A stretch of 64,000 bases of DNA from Balanoglossus misakiensis (lineage: Eukaryota > Animalia > Hemichordata): contig CM082582.2 in assembly GCA_040954595.2 (NCBI GenBank), positions 1,178,001-1,242,000 of the forward strand, in the 5' to 3' direction. The notes below the pieces were generated by a model. It saw only the letters and a program-made list of their open reading frames with translations, was not told where the DNA came from and ran no database searches. This document shows, piece after piece, positions 36,005-47,779 of this stretch (positions are counted from its first letter, which is position 1; each line of letters starts with the position of its first letter). The translations under genes were made by a program, and so were the position numbers.

Positions 36005-36160
36005 GTGTGTGTGTCTGTCTGTATACCCGATATCTAAAGAACCGCTGAACCGATTTCAACCAAATTTAGTACACAGGTTCAGATATCATATGGCAAGAAC
36101 TGAAAAGGTTTTGGTGCGTGTGGCTTTGATATTAATGAAGTTATTTAAGTTTTAATTTTT
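35928..36160 (+). mobile_element. 5' end of a microsatellite-containing, DINE-1/HINE-like (Helentron-associated) repeat
   Basis: TTTTT-AGCTCACGTG..CACGTAAGCT subterminal hairpin, then (GT)n/(GTAT)n and a GAACCGATTTCAACCAAATTT core; family assignment is inference. Confidence 0.5.
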
Positions 36161-39100
36161 CTATTACATGATTGTCTATGTGAGCTTTCGTTAATGCCGC
36201 ATATATGACCAGTGGAAACGATAGTTTGAGGAGATCGACAGTTTGAGGGCGCTGTGAAATGAGACATTCCTGGCGATATTGCCGTGGTTCTGTCCATGCT
36301 CAGACGCTGTACCCGTCGTTACGAATAACTTCCCTACGTGAATCCACAAGGAAGCTAACGTTGTTTAGTTGCTTCATAGAGCGTAAATTGTTAATCTACA
36401 GGACCGTCAGACGAATACTCTTTTCAAATGAAGTTTGAAACTACTTACGAGTAAGTTAGTGGAGACAATATGGCGGATAGTTGGCGTGCAGCCGAATCCG
36501 CGTTATGACTATGACGTGACCCATTCATCAAGACAAACCGTAAATGATTCACGCATATTGTGGTCCTCACGCAGTCAATCTCAAAATGTCACCAGGCTTT
36601 CTATTTGTCTATTGTTCAGAGAAAAATAACGTGGCGGTTGATCACACTCAACAGTAAAATCCGTTTTGTGAGTTTATAGACAGTCTGTTATCGCCAATAC
36701 TATATAGCGATTGCTAGATGGCTTACCCAATATGTGATCGAGCGAGAATGATAACATTGAATGTCTGTTCAGATCTCATTCCGTACGTCATACGTCAACA
36801 TTTCGATTTCGATTTAATCCATTCATAAAGAATTTAGAGAAAGTCGTCTTGAATTGTGACCCCGACTATCAATTTTACGATGATTTTTTGGCGACGGAAT
36901 ACACGAGACGCCATTGCATAACTACGTCAGCTGGACTTCCAAGGTTACCATTTTGTGTGTATGGAATCTTATCACAGAGACTACGTACTTTGACAATATG
37001 CCATGCTATATCAATGACGCCCCAGAAAATTTGTCGAAAAATGAATTTGTCTTCTCATGGTGGTGCAATATATTTTAATGTCTATTTTGAGGTTGATTTT
37101 GGTTTTTGGCTAACATGTATATCAATGTCAGCTTATAGCATAAGTTGGTGTCCGTCGTCTATGTATGTCTGTATGTGTGCCTCATACAGAATTATGTATT
37201 TTGCGAATGGATCAGTTTCGTCTAAATGTATTGATGTATGTATGTGTATGTCCATCAACATCAAAAACTTGAAACTACTGATATTTAGTGTGTACATAGA
37301 AATTGTTATTGCGAAAAAATGCATACTGGTATTAACTGGAAAAATGTTCAAATAGTCAAAATTGAAAAACTTAATAACAGCGGATCAGATTCAGTTAAAA
37401 ATTGGCGTGCATTGGTGTGCAAGTACTATGGGAAGACTTCGTATGATTTTGTTCAGGTGGAGTCAGTATCTGGCGTTTGCTATTTTTTATGAATTTTTGG
37501 GGGAATTTTCTGCAGTTTTGTTAAAAAAAATTCTTCTCTGAAATTACATGTCCAATTGATTGGAAACTTGGTATGGAGGTTCATAGGGCTTACCTGAATC
37601 ACATTTGTGCAAACGGTGGTGAAATTTGCAAAAATGCATTTTTGGGCAATATTTCCTGTTTTTGTCAAAAAATCAAATCCCGTGAAACTGTAAGTGCAAT
37701 TGTTTTGATACTTTGTATTTGGGTTTCTAGGGGTGATCTCAGTCAGATATGATCAAATTGTAAAGAAATTTGCATAATTGTATTTTTTGGGAATTCTGCA
37801 GGGTTTGGCCAAATAGTCTTCAGTAAAACCACAAGTCCAATTGATTGGAAACTTTGAATGGGAATTCATATATGTGATATCAGTCAGATTTGTCTGAATT
37901 ACCTGTTGTTTGCCAAAATGTCTTCCTTATTGAAACTTGTTAAAGAGGTTCTTAGGCATGAACAGAAATCAGATTTGTTGAAATCTGGTGAAATATTCAT
38001 ACTTTTTGGTATATTTCTTGCCATTTTTGATCAACGAGTTTTAGAATTCCATAGACTTATCTTTTTATGCAGTTCAGGATGGGGTACATGACTCATAACC
38101 CGTTACAAAAATTGACAAGGCAACAATTCCACAAACATGTTTACATTTCACAATGGTGCAACACACAACCCTTACACCATAAACACTATAAACCAAATTG
38201 GTTTAACACTGGTTTTTCTAATCTTGTTATTCTGTCAACCAATCACAGTACTGCACGTGAGCATATTCAGTTAATATCTGGTTTGAAGTATATTTTTGGG
38301 GTGATTTTGGTCAAATACTCAAAAACCTCTACTCACAGTTCTTTGAAATTTGGTTTGCAGGTTTCTAGGTGTGTTATCACGACATTTTAACAAATCCTAT
38401 GATGGAACTGTCAATATAGTTTTTGTGGACAATTTTTGCCATTTTTGTTTGATTGCTTTGCAATTTTTTGTTTTGCAGTTTCCAGGGGATTTTTTTACTG
38501 TGATATATCATAAATGTTCTGAAAATGAAAAAATTGTATTTTGGGGGCATAAAAAAAATTCTCAGAAAGTGCATGGTTGATCACTTTAAAAGTTTAGTTG
38601 TGAGTTAATGATATGTGCTTCTTTAGAATGATAATTGAATCAAATCATAGCTGAATTAGTTTTTTTGTTTATTTTGTTTGATATTTTTTCCTTATACCTC
38701 AAAAATTGTTATTATAAAAGGGAAATTACCATTACATAGTTGTTTGCAATTAAGGAGGACCCCCTCCCCCACTGAAAATCGTATACACCTTGATCTCTCT
38801 ATGTCTGTATTCATGTCTGTATGTATGTTTTACAAATGTATGCTCCCAATAAGAGTGAAATGATTTTTTTTATCGTAATACTTCTAAAGTGATTATTTCC
38901 TATGAGATGTGCAGACTTATTACCTAATCGTTTCTGAAATTCTACCTCATGCTGTGTATGAAAAGTCTAATATATGTCATTGTCAAGATCCCCAAAACAG
39001 GCTGATATAGTATCACATAACATTTGATAAAAGTATCCCAAACAGTGTGGCAATTTTGGTATACAGAAAAAAACACTAGAATGACAACAGCTACATGTAT

Positions 39101-39407
39101 GTAGGCTAGCAATAGGAACACAGATAACAATTCTCCATATTCATTTTTAAATACGATAAGATTCGCTGAAATTGGCACATCTGTGTGCAGGCAAAGTCAG
39201 TTCCAACTCGGCTTGCAAATCGGACCAATGTCTCTTGTTCGGTGAGACTGTATGGTTCTAGTAATAGCTGTAAGAACTTGATCATTGACCAAACTCTTGG
39301 TTCAATTTTGCAACATTTTATGATTTCAAGCTGTACATATTTAACTCCGTTTCAACTATAGTTGGAGGGATAACATTGGAGCCATTTCACTGACAAAATA
39401 GCGCTTA

Positions 39408-40230
39408 GGGACCATTCAGTTTTTACGGTGGGGGGAGGCTGGCAAAATCCAGGGGGTCACTTAAATTTTGAAATCCAAAAGAGGGAGTCATCTTTTTTTC
39501 AAACGTTTAGGGGGGAGGTCATATACATGTACCCACCGATGCTAACTTTGAGTGGAGTAGCAACAGTAAAATTGGTCCTTTCAAACATTGAGATAATTTG
39601 CTTTTGACTTCATTAAAATGCAACTTTGAGCTACATATTTTACAAAGTTTTCTTATGTGGAAGGGGGACATCCCCTCCCACACCCATCCCCTTATTTCTT
39701 CGCCACATATAGTGTACCAGGGCAGAATACTTGGCATCCCACCCCCACTGATGTTAACTTTGAGTGGCAAAAGTCAAATTTGTCCTCCCCAACATTAAGT
39801 TAATTTGCCTTTGAGTTCATTAAAATGCATTAATTGTATTTTACAAAATTGTCCTACGTACACCCACCCCTTCCACTTTTCTTGTTTTACCAATTCTACC
39901 AACTATTGTATTGACGTGTCCTTTTAATTTATCCATAGACCTTCTTTATTGCAACGCTATACTATTATACACTTCAAATTATAAATTTCTTTAAGAAATT
40001 TAGAATTGAGGTGTGAGGAGACCCTTTACCTTTATTGCATACAGTCAGTGTACATAAGATAAGGATGGCAAATGTTTTCGGGGTGGGAGGAGGGTCATCA
40101 TATTTTGGTCCTGTCAAAGGGGGGGGGGGGTCATCATTTTTTTGGTCCTGGTTGAAGGGGGTGTCGGCCTGATTTTGAAAACCAATGACACAAACTTTTG
40201 CCCCCCCCTCCACCAAAACTGAACAGTCCC
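39408..40230. mobile_element. 823-bp PIF/Harbinger-type MITE inserted in the right arm only
   Basis: TTA|GGGACCATTCAGTTTT ... AAAACTGAACAGTCCC|TTA; uninterrupted site at ~16005-16020 in the left arm. Confidence 0.82.
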
Positions 40231-42219
40231 TTACTGAAGGACGTCAATGTCTGTTAACAGTCAAATGCATTGCCATCAGAAAAAAAAAATGCAAACAATT
40301 TCTTATGTTTGTAGTACGCACTTTTTGTATATCTGTAAACTGTGTCTCAGTTGTGAAATTCTAAGGAAATTTGTTCCTTGGGTAGTATAAAGGATTCTTA
40401 AACAAACTTAGTCACGAAAGCTAAATGGTTACCTCAGAGAAACTGTGTTAAATTTGGTCATCATTGTTTTAAATCACACAAGACATTCCCACAGCTAAGT
40501 TACTGCAGCAGTCAGTTTCAACTCAGCTTGCAAATTGGGATCATGTCTTGTGTTCATCGAGACTGTCTGTAGTCGAGTTGACAGTCACTACAACTGTATT
40601 GCAAATATGGCAGGGTTGGGCAACTCTTCTAATTTGCATTTGAACACCTTTTCTGTTTGCGTCAAAATGATGAATAATGTTTCGTTTTCAAGAATGCCTT
40701 AATATGGGCACCCAATACAAGACAACTGCATTGCAAATGGCATTTTCATTCAACTCTCCTGGGTACCTAAAACAATTTCAACATGGTTGACATGGCAATA
40801 TTAGACAACTGTTCTAATTTGCATAATCCAAAATGGCCGCCAAATTTCTCTAACATGTTAATTTCCCATATTTGTTTTAAATGGTGTGTAATATCGAATT
40901 TGCAGGGTTTCCATTAATATGGGTACCTAAAACAATTTCAACATGGTTGACATGGCAATATTAGACAACTGCTCTAATTTGCATAATTCAAACACCTGCT
41001 GGATAATTTAACGTTTGCCATTCTTGTCCCATGATTGTATGTATTATATCTCATAACAGGCAATTAAGTGTGCTAATTGTCAAGCCAATCTTAATTCTTC
41101 ATCTGCACCACAAATCAGATGCAAGGTTTAGGACTGGGAGTGTATGTGGGAGCAGCATATAGGGGCCTACAGGTATCTTTAATGGCAAGTCCTCGGTTAA
41201 AGCCAGAAGGTTTTCAGGTTGTAGGCCTCTATTGTATCTGCAACAGTTTCTATCACCTCCATCCCACTGGCCGGCACCCGAGGGGGGGGGGGGGTACTTG
41301 AATTTTTTTCGGATGGTAGTCTGTCGCCCCAGTCGATAACATCAACACGTGTAAATGCCCAAAACCCGACCTATTTGTATTATAAGTCAAATTTTCTGGT
41401 CATTTACCCCAAGTTTTTCTTAAAGACTACATACCTATACACCTTTGTATGGGAGAACACATCCCCCACCCCCCTGCCAACACTAATTGGACAACTTTAT
41501 TCTTGTTATACTTCTTTATAAGTCTAAATGTTCAGTAAGACAAGGCAACAAGTTATTGAAGCTGCTGACCATGGAAACTATGATGAAGTATATTTTTTTC
41601 CTAGCTGTACATGTACAGTATAATTGGCCCAATGTACCAATTGGAGATGTGTGCCTTACAAGCAACACAGGTTGTATATCCAAGCCTTGTCTGTTGGCAC
41701 TATGAAGGGTATTGGAAGAATGTCTCTGCTGGCCACTTTGGCCAGCCACTTTTGGCCAGCAGACTATCAAAAGGGTCAAGAAAATAGCCCTAAAAGGTAT
41801 GGCACTGTATGCAAATCTAGTGCAGGAGTGGATTGATACATTTCCCATCACTGTACATGCATCATCCTGTATGGATGATGTGTACTCTAGTATTATGCAC
41901 CAGATAAAAATGGTCAAAATTGCAAAAAAAGGAGATGAAACTCCCACTGGCCTTTAACGCAATCCATAGATAAAGAGACAACATGTTCAGGCATTGGATC
42001 TAAACATGGTGGATACTGACGAGGGTGTGGTGAATGATGGTGAATCCCTGGATGTTTTGAGGTCGGAATTCTGAAAAGGATTCCCATCGTGAGATTGAGG
42101 AACAGGATGATGCAGAGGGGCTGGCTCTTTGTGACTCCTATCAGTGGGGATAGACATATATTTGGGATACAGAGGTTGCACTTCCTTGCTTCATGATTAG
42201 TACGGTAACACTGCCAAAT

Positions 42220-42740
42220 TTGCAACACAGTTGTATTGTTTAAGGTACCCATATGAATGTGCTAATCCTGAAAATACGATATTGCGCATCATTTTGGGAA
42301 ACATGGCAAAATTTCACTTTTAGTGGTGATTGGCGGCCATTTTTGATTATGCAAAATAGAAAAGTTGCCAAACACTGCCATATTTGCAATACATAACCAA
42401 TATGGATGCAAATCCTGAAATTTTAGATATTACACATAATTTTGAGAAAAAAGGGCCAAGTTTTATTTGAATTGTCCAACATTGCCATTTTGGCAACTCA
42501 GCTGGAATAGGTCTAGGCTCCCATATGAATGCCAATAAGCAAAAAACTTCATAGGAAAGAAAATTTCTAGGTAGGAAAATTTTGACTCAACTTCTGGTTC
42601 TAATAATAGGTGTAAGGATGTGATCGTTTGATTTTGCAACATTTTACAATTTCAAGCTGTGTGTATTTAACTCTGGTGCAATTCTGGTTGGAGAGACAAA
42701 TGGCTTAAGCCATTTAATTGAAAATATAGCACTACTTCAC
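42220..42740. repeat. diverged, compressed extra copy of giant-repeat modules outside the palindrome
   Basis: 42220-42480 resembles 15270-15620 (forward); 42590-42740 resembles 23115-23280. Confidence 0.6.
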
Positions 42741-42991
42741 CAGGGTTGTGCAGTACCTTTGACAACACTTTGAACAATGTTGCAAAAAGCTTTGTGTTGA
42801 AGCTTGCTACAAGACTTGGCGTGCTGAAGCCTCTTATTCTAGTCTTAGTTGAACCTCAGCTGTAACTACGTTTGTGAAACCTTAACATTCAAATCTTTGG
42901 CCAAAGTTAGTGTTGCAAAGCTTCTTCAAAGTTTTGTGAACCTCAACAATGCTTTTCTATAGAAACCTTTAAACATGCGGGGGGGGGGGGG

Positions 42992-43195
42992 TGTAGTATT
43001 CTGACAGCTACGATCAATATAGCGCCCTCTAGTGTTGCATTGTTGGTGTTCCACTTGTTTATGAATTGCTGTACGACGTCACTTCCGCCCAGATAAGGCG
43101 AAGCACATTGTTGAGTCTTTTCAGCCGATCAATAAATAGGTTGTTGTTATACCTTATGATCGCATTATTATTCCCATGTTGATGGAAACATAACA
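42992..43195 (+). repeat. 5' LTR
   Basis: TGTAGTATT...CATAACA; AATAAA inside; apparently identical to 47542-47745. Confidence 0.97.
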
Positions 43196-43209
43196 TGGTG
43201 GCAGCGGTG
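43196..43209 (+). promoter_or_regulatory. primer binding site complementary to tRNA-Leu 3' end
   Basis: TGGTGGCAGCGGTG is the reverse complement of CACCGCTGCCACCA, the 3' end of eukaryotic tRNA-Leu(AAG/TAG). Confidence 0.85.
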
Positions 43210-43305
43210 AACGTGAGTGATCAGATGTAAGCAGACTTTACACAGTATCGACTACACAAGACACCAAAACTACAGAAGAAAAGATCATCGAACTGACCTG
43301 ACAAG

Positions 43306-44942
43306 ATGGCGGCCGCACTACAAACGCCCTTCACAGCCCCAAAGATGGAATGGGACGCGCCAGATCTAGCACTAGCCTTCAGTCGTTTTCGTCAAAAATG
43401 TGAGTTAACATTTAAGACAGCACTTAAAGATGCTAACGATGAAGAGAAAGCTAGCTACATATTCTATGGTCCGGTGAACCAGGTCTTGACAAATACAACA
43501 GTTGGTCGTTTGAAAATGAAGACCAGCGGAAAGTCCCCACAGTACTATTCGACAAATTTTCCGAACACTTAGAGCCGAAGTCGAATCATCGCATACATAG
43601 ATACCAATTCCAAGATATGAGACAAGACCCTGGAGAACCAGTTGATGATTTCTTTTCGAAATTGAAAAATGAAGCCGCCAAATGCAAATTTGGGGATACA
43701 AAAGAACAGGAAGCAAGACTCGTAGATCAGTTGATATGGGGGATCTGTCACCAAGAAATACAGAAGAAACTTATTGGGCGTGATGAGAAACTGACCTTGA
43801 AGGAGGCGCTCGATATAGCTAGAGGTCACGAAGCCACAACAAAACACATGAAAACGCTCACAAATTGCCATATTGCTAATCCTGTGGATAGCAAAGCTGT
43901 CAACGCAGTAAAAAGGCAGCCCAACAAGACACACCCCAAACAATGTAAGCATTTCGGAAAAAAGCATGACACCTCAGTGAAAAGTAACTGCCCAGCATAT
44001 GGCTCGAAATGCCGAAATTGTGGGAAACCTAATCACTGGCAGGCGGTATGCCGTTCCAAAACCAGCTCAAGCGAACCGAAGTCACAGCAGAGACGAGGTG
44101 GAAAACCAATCCATAATGTGACACGCTCGAGCAGCAACATGCATCAAATAGATGATGAAGTCCTAGATGTTGGAACTATCGAAATAAATGCATTGGACAA
44201 CATCAACAGACAAGAAGAAATATACACGAAACTGACAATCACACAGAGCGAAAAGAAAAGGAAAGTAGCACTGAGATGCAAGATTGATACCGGTGCACAG
44301 GGCAATATACTGCCCCTCTGTCTTTTCAAGATCATATTTCCAGAGAAACTGGATAAACACGGAAATCCAAAACGCGGGCACTTGAAGGAAAATAAAACAA
44401 TCCTTACCGCATATGGAGGTTCCAAAATCAAACAGCTTGGCACCATCGTCATTCCATGTGAACATAGAGAGAGGAAAATCAGATGCCTCTTCTATGTAAC
44501 TGACGCCGCAGGCCCAGCCATTTTAGGGTTAAAGGCAAGCAGAGCCTTAAACCTGATACAAATAAACTGTTCAGTAGAAGCCATACAAGTGCAGGCGAGC
44601 CCAGAGTGCAAGACAGCACAGCCTGGAAGAAATGTGGAAGTGGAAAAGAGAAAGATGAACGAACAGAAGCCAGCAGGAAGAAACAGAAACCCTGCAGATG
44701 ACTACATAGACAGTAATACACCCATCAGGGACCGCCCTCCCATAAAGAACAAAGAACAGTTGCTGAGGATGTACCCTGATTGCTTTGACGACGTGGTCGG
44801 ATGTTTTGAAAACTACACATACCACATCACTCTTGATCCAGAAGTACAACCAGTAGTACACCCTGCCCGCAGAGTTCCATTAGAACTAATGGATAGACTC
44901 AAAACCGAGCTGCAGAAGATAAGCAAATCATCGCCAAAGTGA
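43306..44942 (+). pseudogene. gag: gag + aspartic protease, frameshifted near 43460
   Basis: Gag continues in another frame as ILWSGEPGLDKYNSW...LEPKSNHRIHR; zinc knuckle CRNCGKPNHWQAVC (the upstream knuckle reads CKHF, one Cys lost); protease IDTGAQGNIL. Confidence 0.9.
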
Positions 44943-47449
44943 ACCAGCCTACGAACTGGGTCAATTCTCTTGTTGTCCGGGAGAAAGACAATGGAAGACT
45001 TCGCATTTGTCTGGACCCGAAGGACTTGAACAAAGCCATTAAAAGGGATCATTACCCTACACCCACATTGGAGGAGATTACCCCAAAGTTGGCAGGCGCA
45101 ACACTTTTTAGCAAGCTAGACGCGCGGAACGGATACTGGAATGTAAAGATCGATGAAGAATCATCCTTCCTGACGACCTTTAACACACCATATGGCCGTT
45201 ACAGATTCCTACGAATGCCATTTGGGCTAAGGATGAGCCAAGATGTGTTTCAATTCAAAATTGATGAAACATACAGAGAGTGTGAAGGTGCAGTCGGCAT
45301 TGCAGACGATATACAAGTCTTAGGATCAGGAGAGCGACACCATGACCTGCATCTACACGAAGCCATGGAACGAACCAGGAAAGCAGGCATTAAACTGAAC
45401 AAAGAGAAATGCTACATCAAGACAAAAGAATGTAGTTTCTTTGGCATGTTATGCACAGAAGACGGAGTTAAACCCAACCCAGAAAAGGTCAAGGCGATAG
45501 AGATGATGCATCCGCCTAGAGACAAGACCGAACTGCGCACATTCCTCGGAATGGTGAACTACATGGGTTCATTCATACCCAGATTAGCTGAACACACAGC
45601 ACCACTGAGAGAGCTCATCAGAGACGACACTGAGTTTGAGTGGTCTCCGACACACACAAAGTCTTTCAATATGATCAAGGACCTGATCAGCACAAAGACT
45701 ACACTTGCTTACTACGACCGTAAGAAGCCTGTCACTCTACAAGTCGACGCATCGGGAAAGGGAATCGGAGCGGTGCTCATACAGGAACAGAGACCTATAG
45801 CATTTGCGTCCAAGGCCCTGACACCAGCGGAAACCCGATACGCCAATATAGAAAGAGAACTACTCGCGGTAGTCTACGGATGTGAGAAGTTTCGCACATA
45901 TCTCTACGGCAGAAGTTTCATAGTAGAGAGTGATCATCGACCGTTGGAGCAAATTCAGAGGAAGAATTTGACCAAGGCACCACCCCGATTACAGAGAATG
46001 CTGTTGCGCATATAGCCGTATGATTTCACCATACACTACAAGCCAAGCAAACAGATGATACTTGCCGACGCACTATCTAGACTGTCACCACAAGATCAGA
46101 ACGAAATCAGTGACATGAAAGTCCAGATACACCACCTGGTGAAGATCACACCAATGAGACAGATGGAGATCAAAGAAGAAACTACCAAAGATGAAATTCT
46201 TCAATTATTGATCCAGCAAGTCCTGAAAGGATGGCCAGATAGCATCAAGGACATTCACGCTGATATTCGACCCTACTGGTCTATTCGAGACGATATCGCT
46301 ATCGAAGATGGTATTATCCTGATAGGCAGCCGACTCCTCATACCAGCAGTAATGAGAGATGAAATGCTACAACGCATTCATAGCAGTCACCTGGGGATCG
46401 AGAAATGCAAGCTGAGAGCCAGATCCAGCGTGTACTGGCCTGGAATTTGTAAAGATATAGAGAGACTAGTAACAGGATGCAACGCGTGCCAGAAATTCCA
46501 GAATTCCCAGCAGAAGGAACCGATGATTCCAATGGAAATTCCACCACGACTGTGGCACACAATTGGAGCAGACCTATTCTACGTGAACCAAACATGGTAC
46601 ATGATAGTTGCTGACTACTACTCCAAGTTCCCCTTCATTAGGAAACTTGAAGACCTCAGAGCCAGTACCATTATGAGAGCCCTCCGAATTCTATTTGCAG
46701 AGCAAGGAATACCCGAGAAACTAGTTTGTGACAACGGATCTCAGTTTACAGCTAGAGACTTCCACAGCCTAACTGAGAAGTATGGTTTTGCGATAGTCAC
46801 ATCATCACCATACTATCCCAAAGGGCACGGTTTTATCGAGCGACATGTACAGACCGTGAAGAACATCCTGATGAAGTGCAAAGAGTCCGGAGATGATCCG
46901 AATCTAGCATTGTTGGCACTTCGCGCGACTCCATTGAAGTCCAACATACCATCACCAGCTGAGTTGCTGAACAGCAGAGCATACAAGACAACTCTCCCAG
47001 CCAAAATTCACCCAGCAAGAAACGGGGAGGAAGTTCGTCAATACCTGACATCTCAACAGCAGGCCCAGACTTCCAGCCACGACCAGCACTCCAGACAACT
47101 ACCAGAATTGCTGACAGGTCAACAAGTCCATGTACAAAACCCAATCAGCAAAACATGGAGTCCAGCGAGAGTTGTAGCCCCAGCAAACACACCTAGGTCC
47201 TACACCGTGAAGTTAGACAACGGGAAACAAATGCGACGCAACAGGATCCACCTGAAACCAGTCAGCGCAGAACTGAAACCAGCACAGACAGGGATGGATC
47301 AACACAATATTGCACCAGCAGTCACAGAGGGAACACCGCCTCAACAACCCGCAACGCCAGCGTCACCAGCCCAAGAATCGTTGAGATCAACACGAACCAG
47401 AACAAATATACAAAAGCCGTCTCGATACAAAGATTATGTGACTGATTGA
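44939..47449 (+). pseudogene. pol: pol (RT, RNase H, integrase) with a frameshift near 44920 and an in-frame TAG at 46013
   Basis: LRICLDPKDLN, RMPFG, IADD; QVDASGKGIGAVL, IERELLAVVYG, ESDHRPL; HSSHLG..C..C, GADLF, CDNGSQF, IERHVQTVK. Confidence 0.95.
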
Positions 47450-47530
47450 TAGCTTTTTCTGATATTGAGATACGCCATTTGTTCCACAGAAAGTTGAGTT
47501 ATACAGAGGAAAATTTATCACATTTTTCCC

Positions 47531-47541
47531 AGAAGAGGGGA
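47531..47541 (+). promoter_or_regulatory. polypurine tract
   Basis: AGAAGAGGGGA directly before the 3' LTR. Confidence 0.9.
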
Positions 47542-47745
47542 TGTAGTATTCTGACAGCTACGATCAATATAGCGCCCTCTAGTGTTGCATTGTTGGTGTT
47601 CCACTTGTTTATGAATTGCTGTACGACGTCACTTCCGCCCAGATAAGGCGAAGCACATTGTTGAGTCTTTTCAGCCGATCAATAAATAGGTTGTTGTTAT
47701 ACCTTATGATCGCATTATTATTCCCATGTTGATGGAAACATAACA
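47542..47745 (+). repeat. 3' LTR
   Basis: Copy of 42992-43195. Confidence 0.97.
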
Positions 47746-47779
47746 GGGGGGACACCAACATCGTAGTCAGTGAGGTCAT

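Larger units (their letters stand above)
30496..41667 (-). repeat. right arm of giant inverted repeat
   Basis: Reverse complement of 14139-24183 with arm-specific insertions at 30818-31031, ~35930-38280 and 39408-40230. Confidence 0.92.
42992..47745 (+). mobile_element. full-length Ty3/Gypsy LTR retrotransposon, Mag-like
   Basis: 204-bp TG...CA LTRs, PBS, PPT, PR-RT-RH-IN order, inserted in a poly-G tract (GGGGG on both sides). Confidence 0.97.

Noticed and set aside
14139-41667. Giant inverted repeat as a pure assembly fold-back artefact
   Set aside because: Arms differ by many substitutions, repeat copy numbers and independent TSD-flanked insertions; long-read confirmation is still needed.
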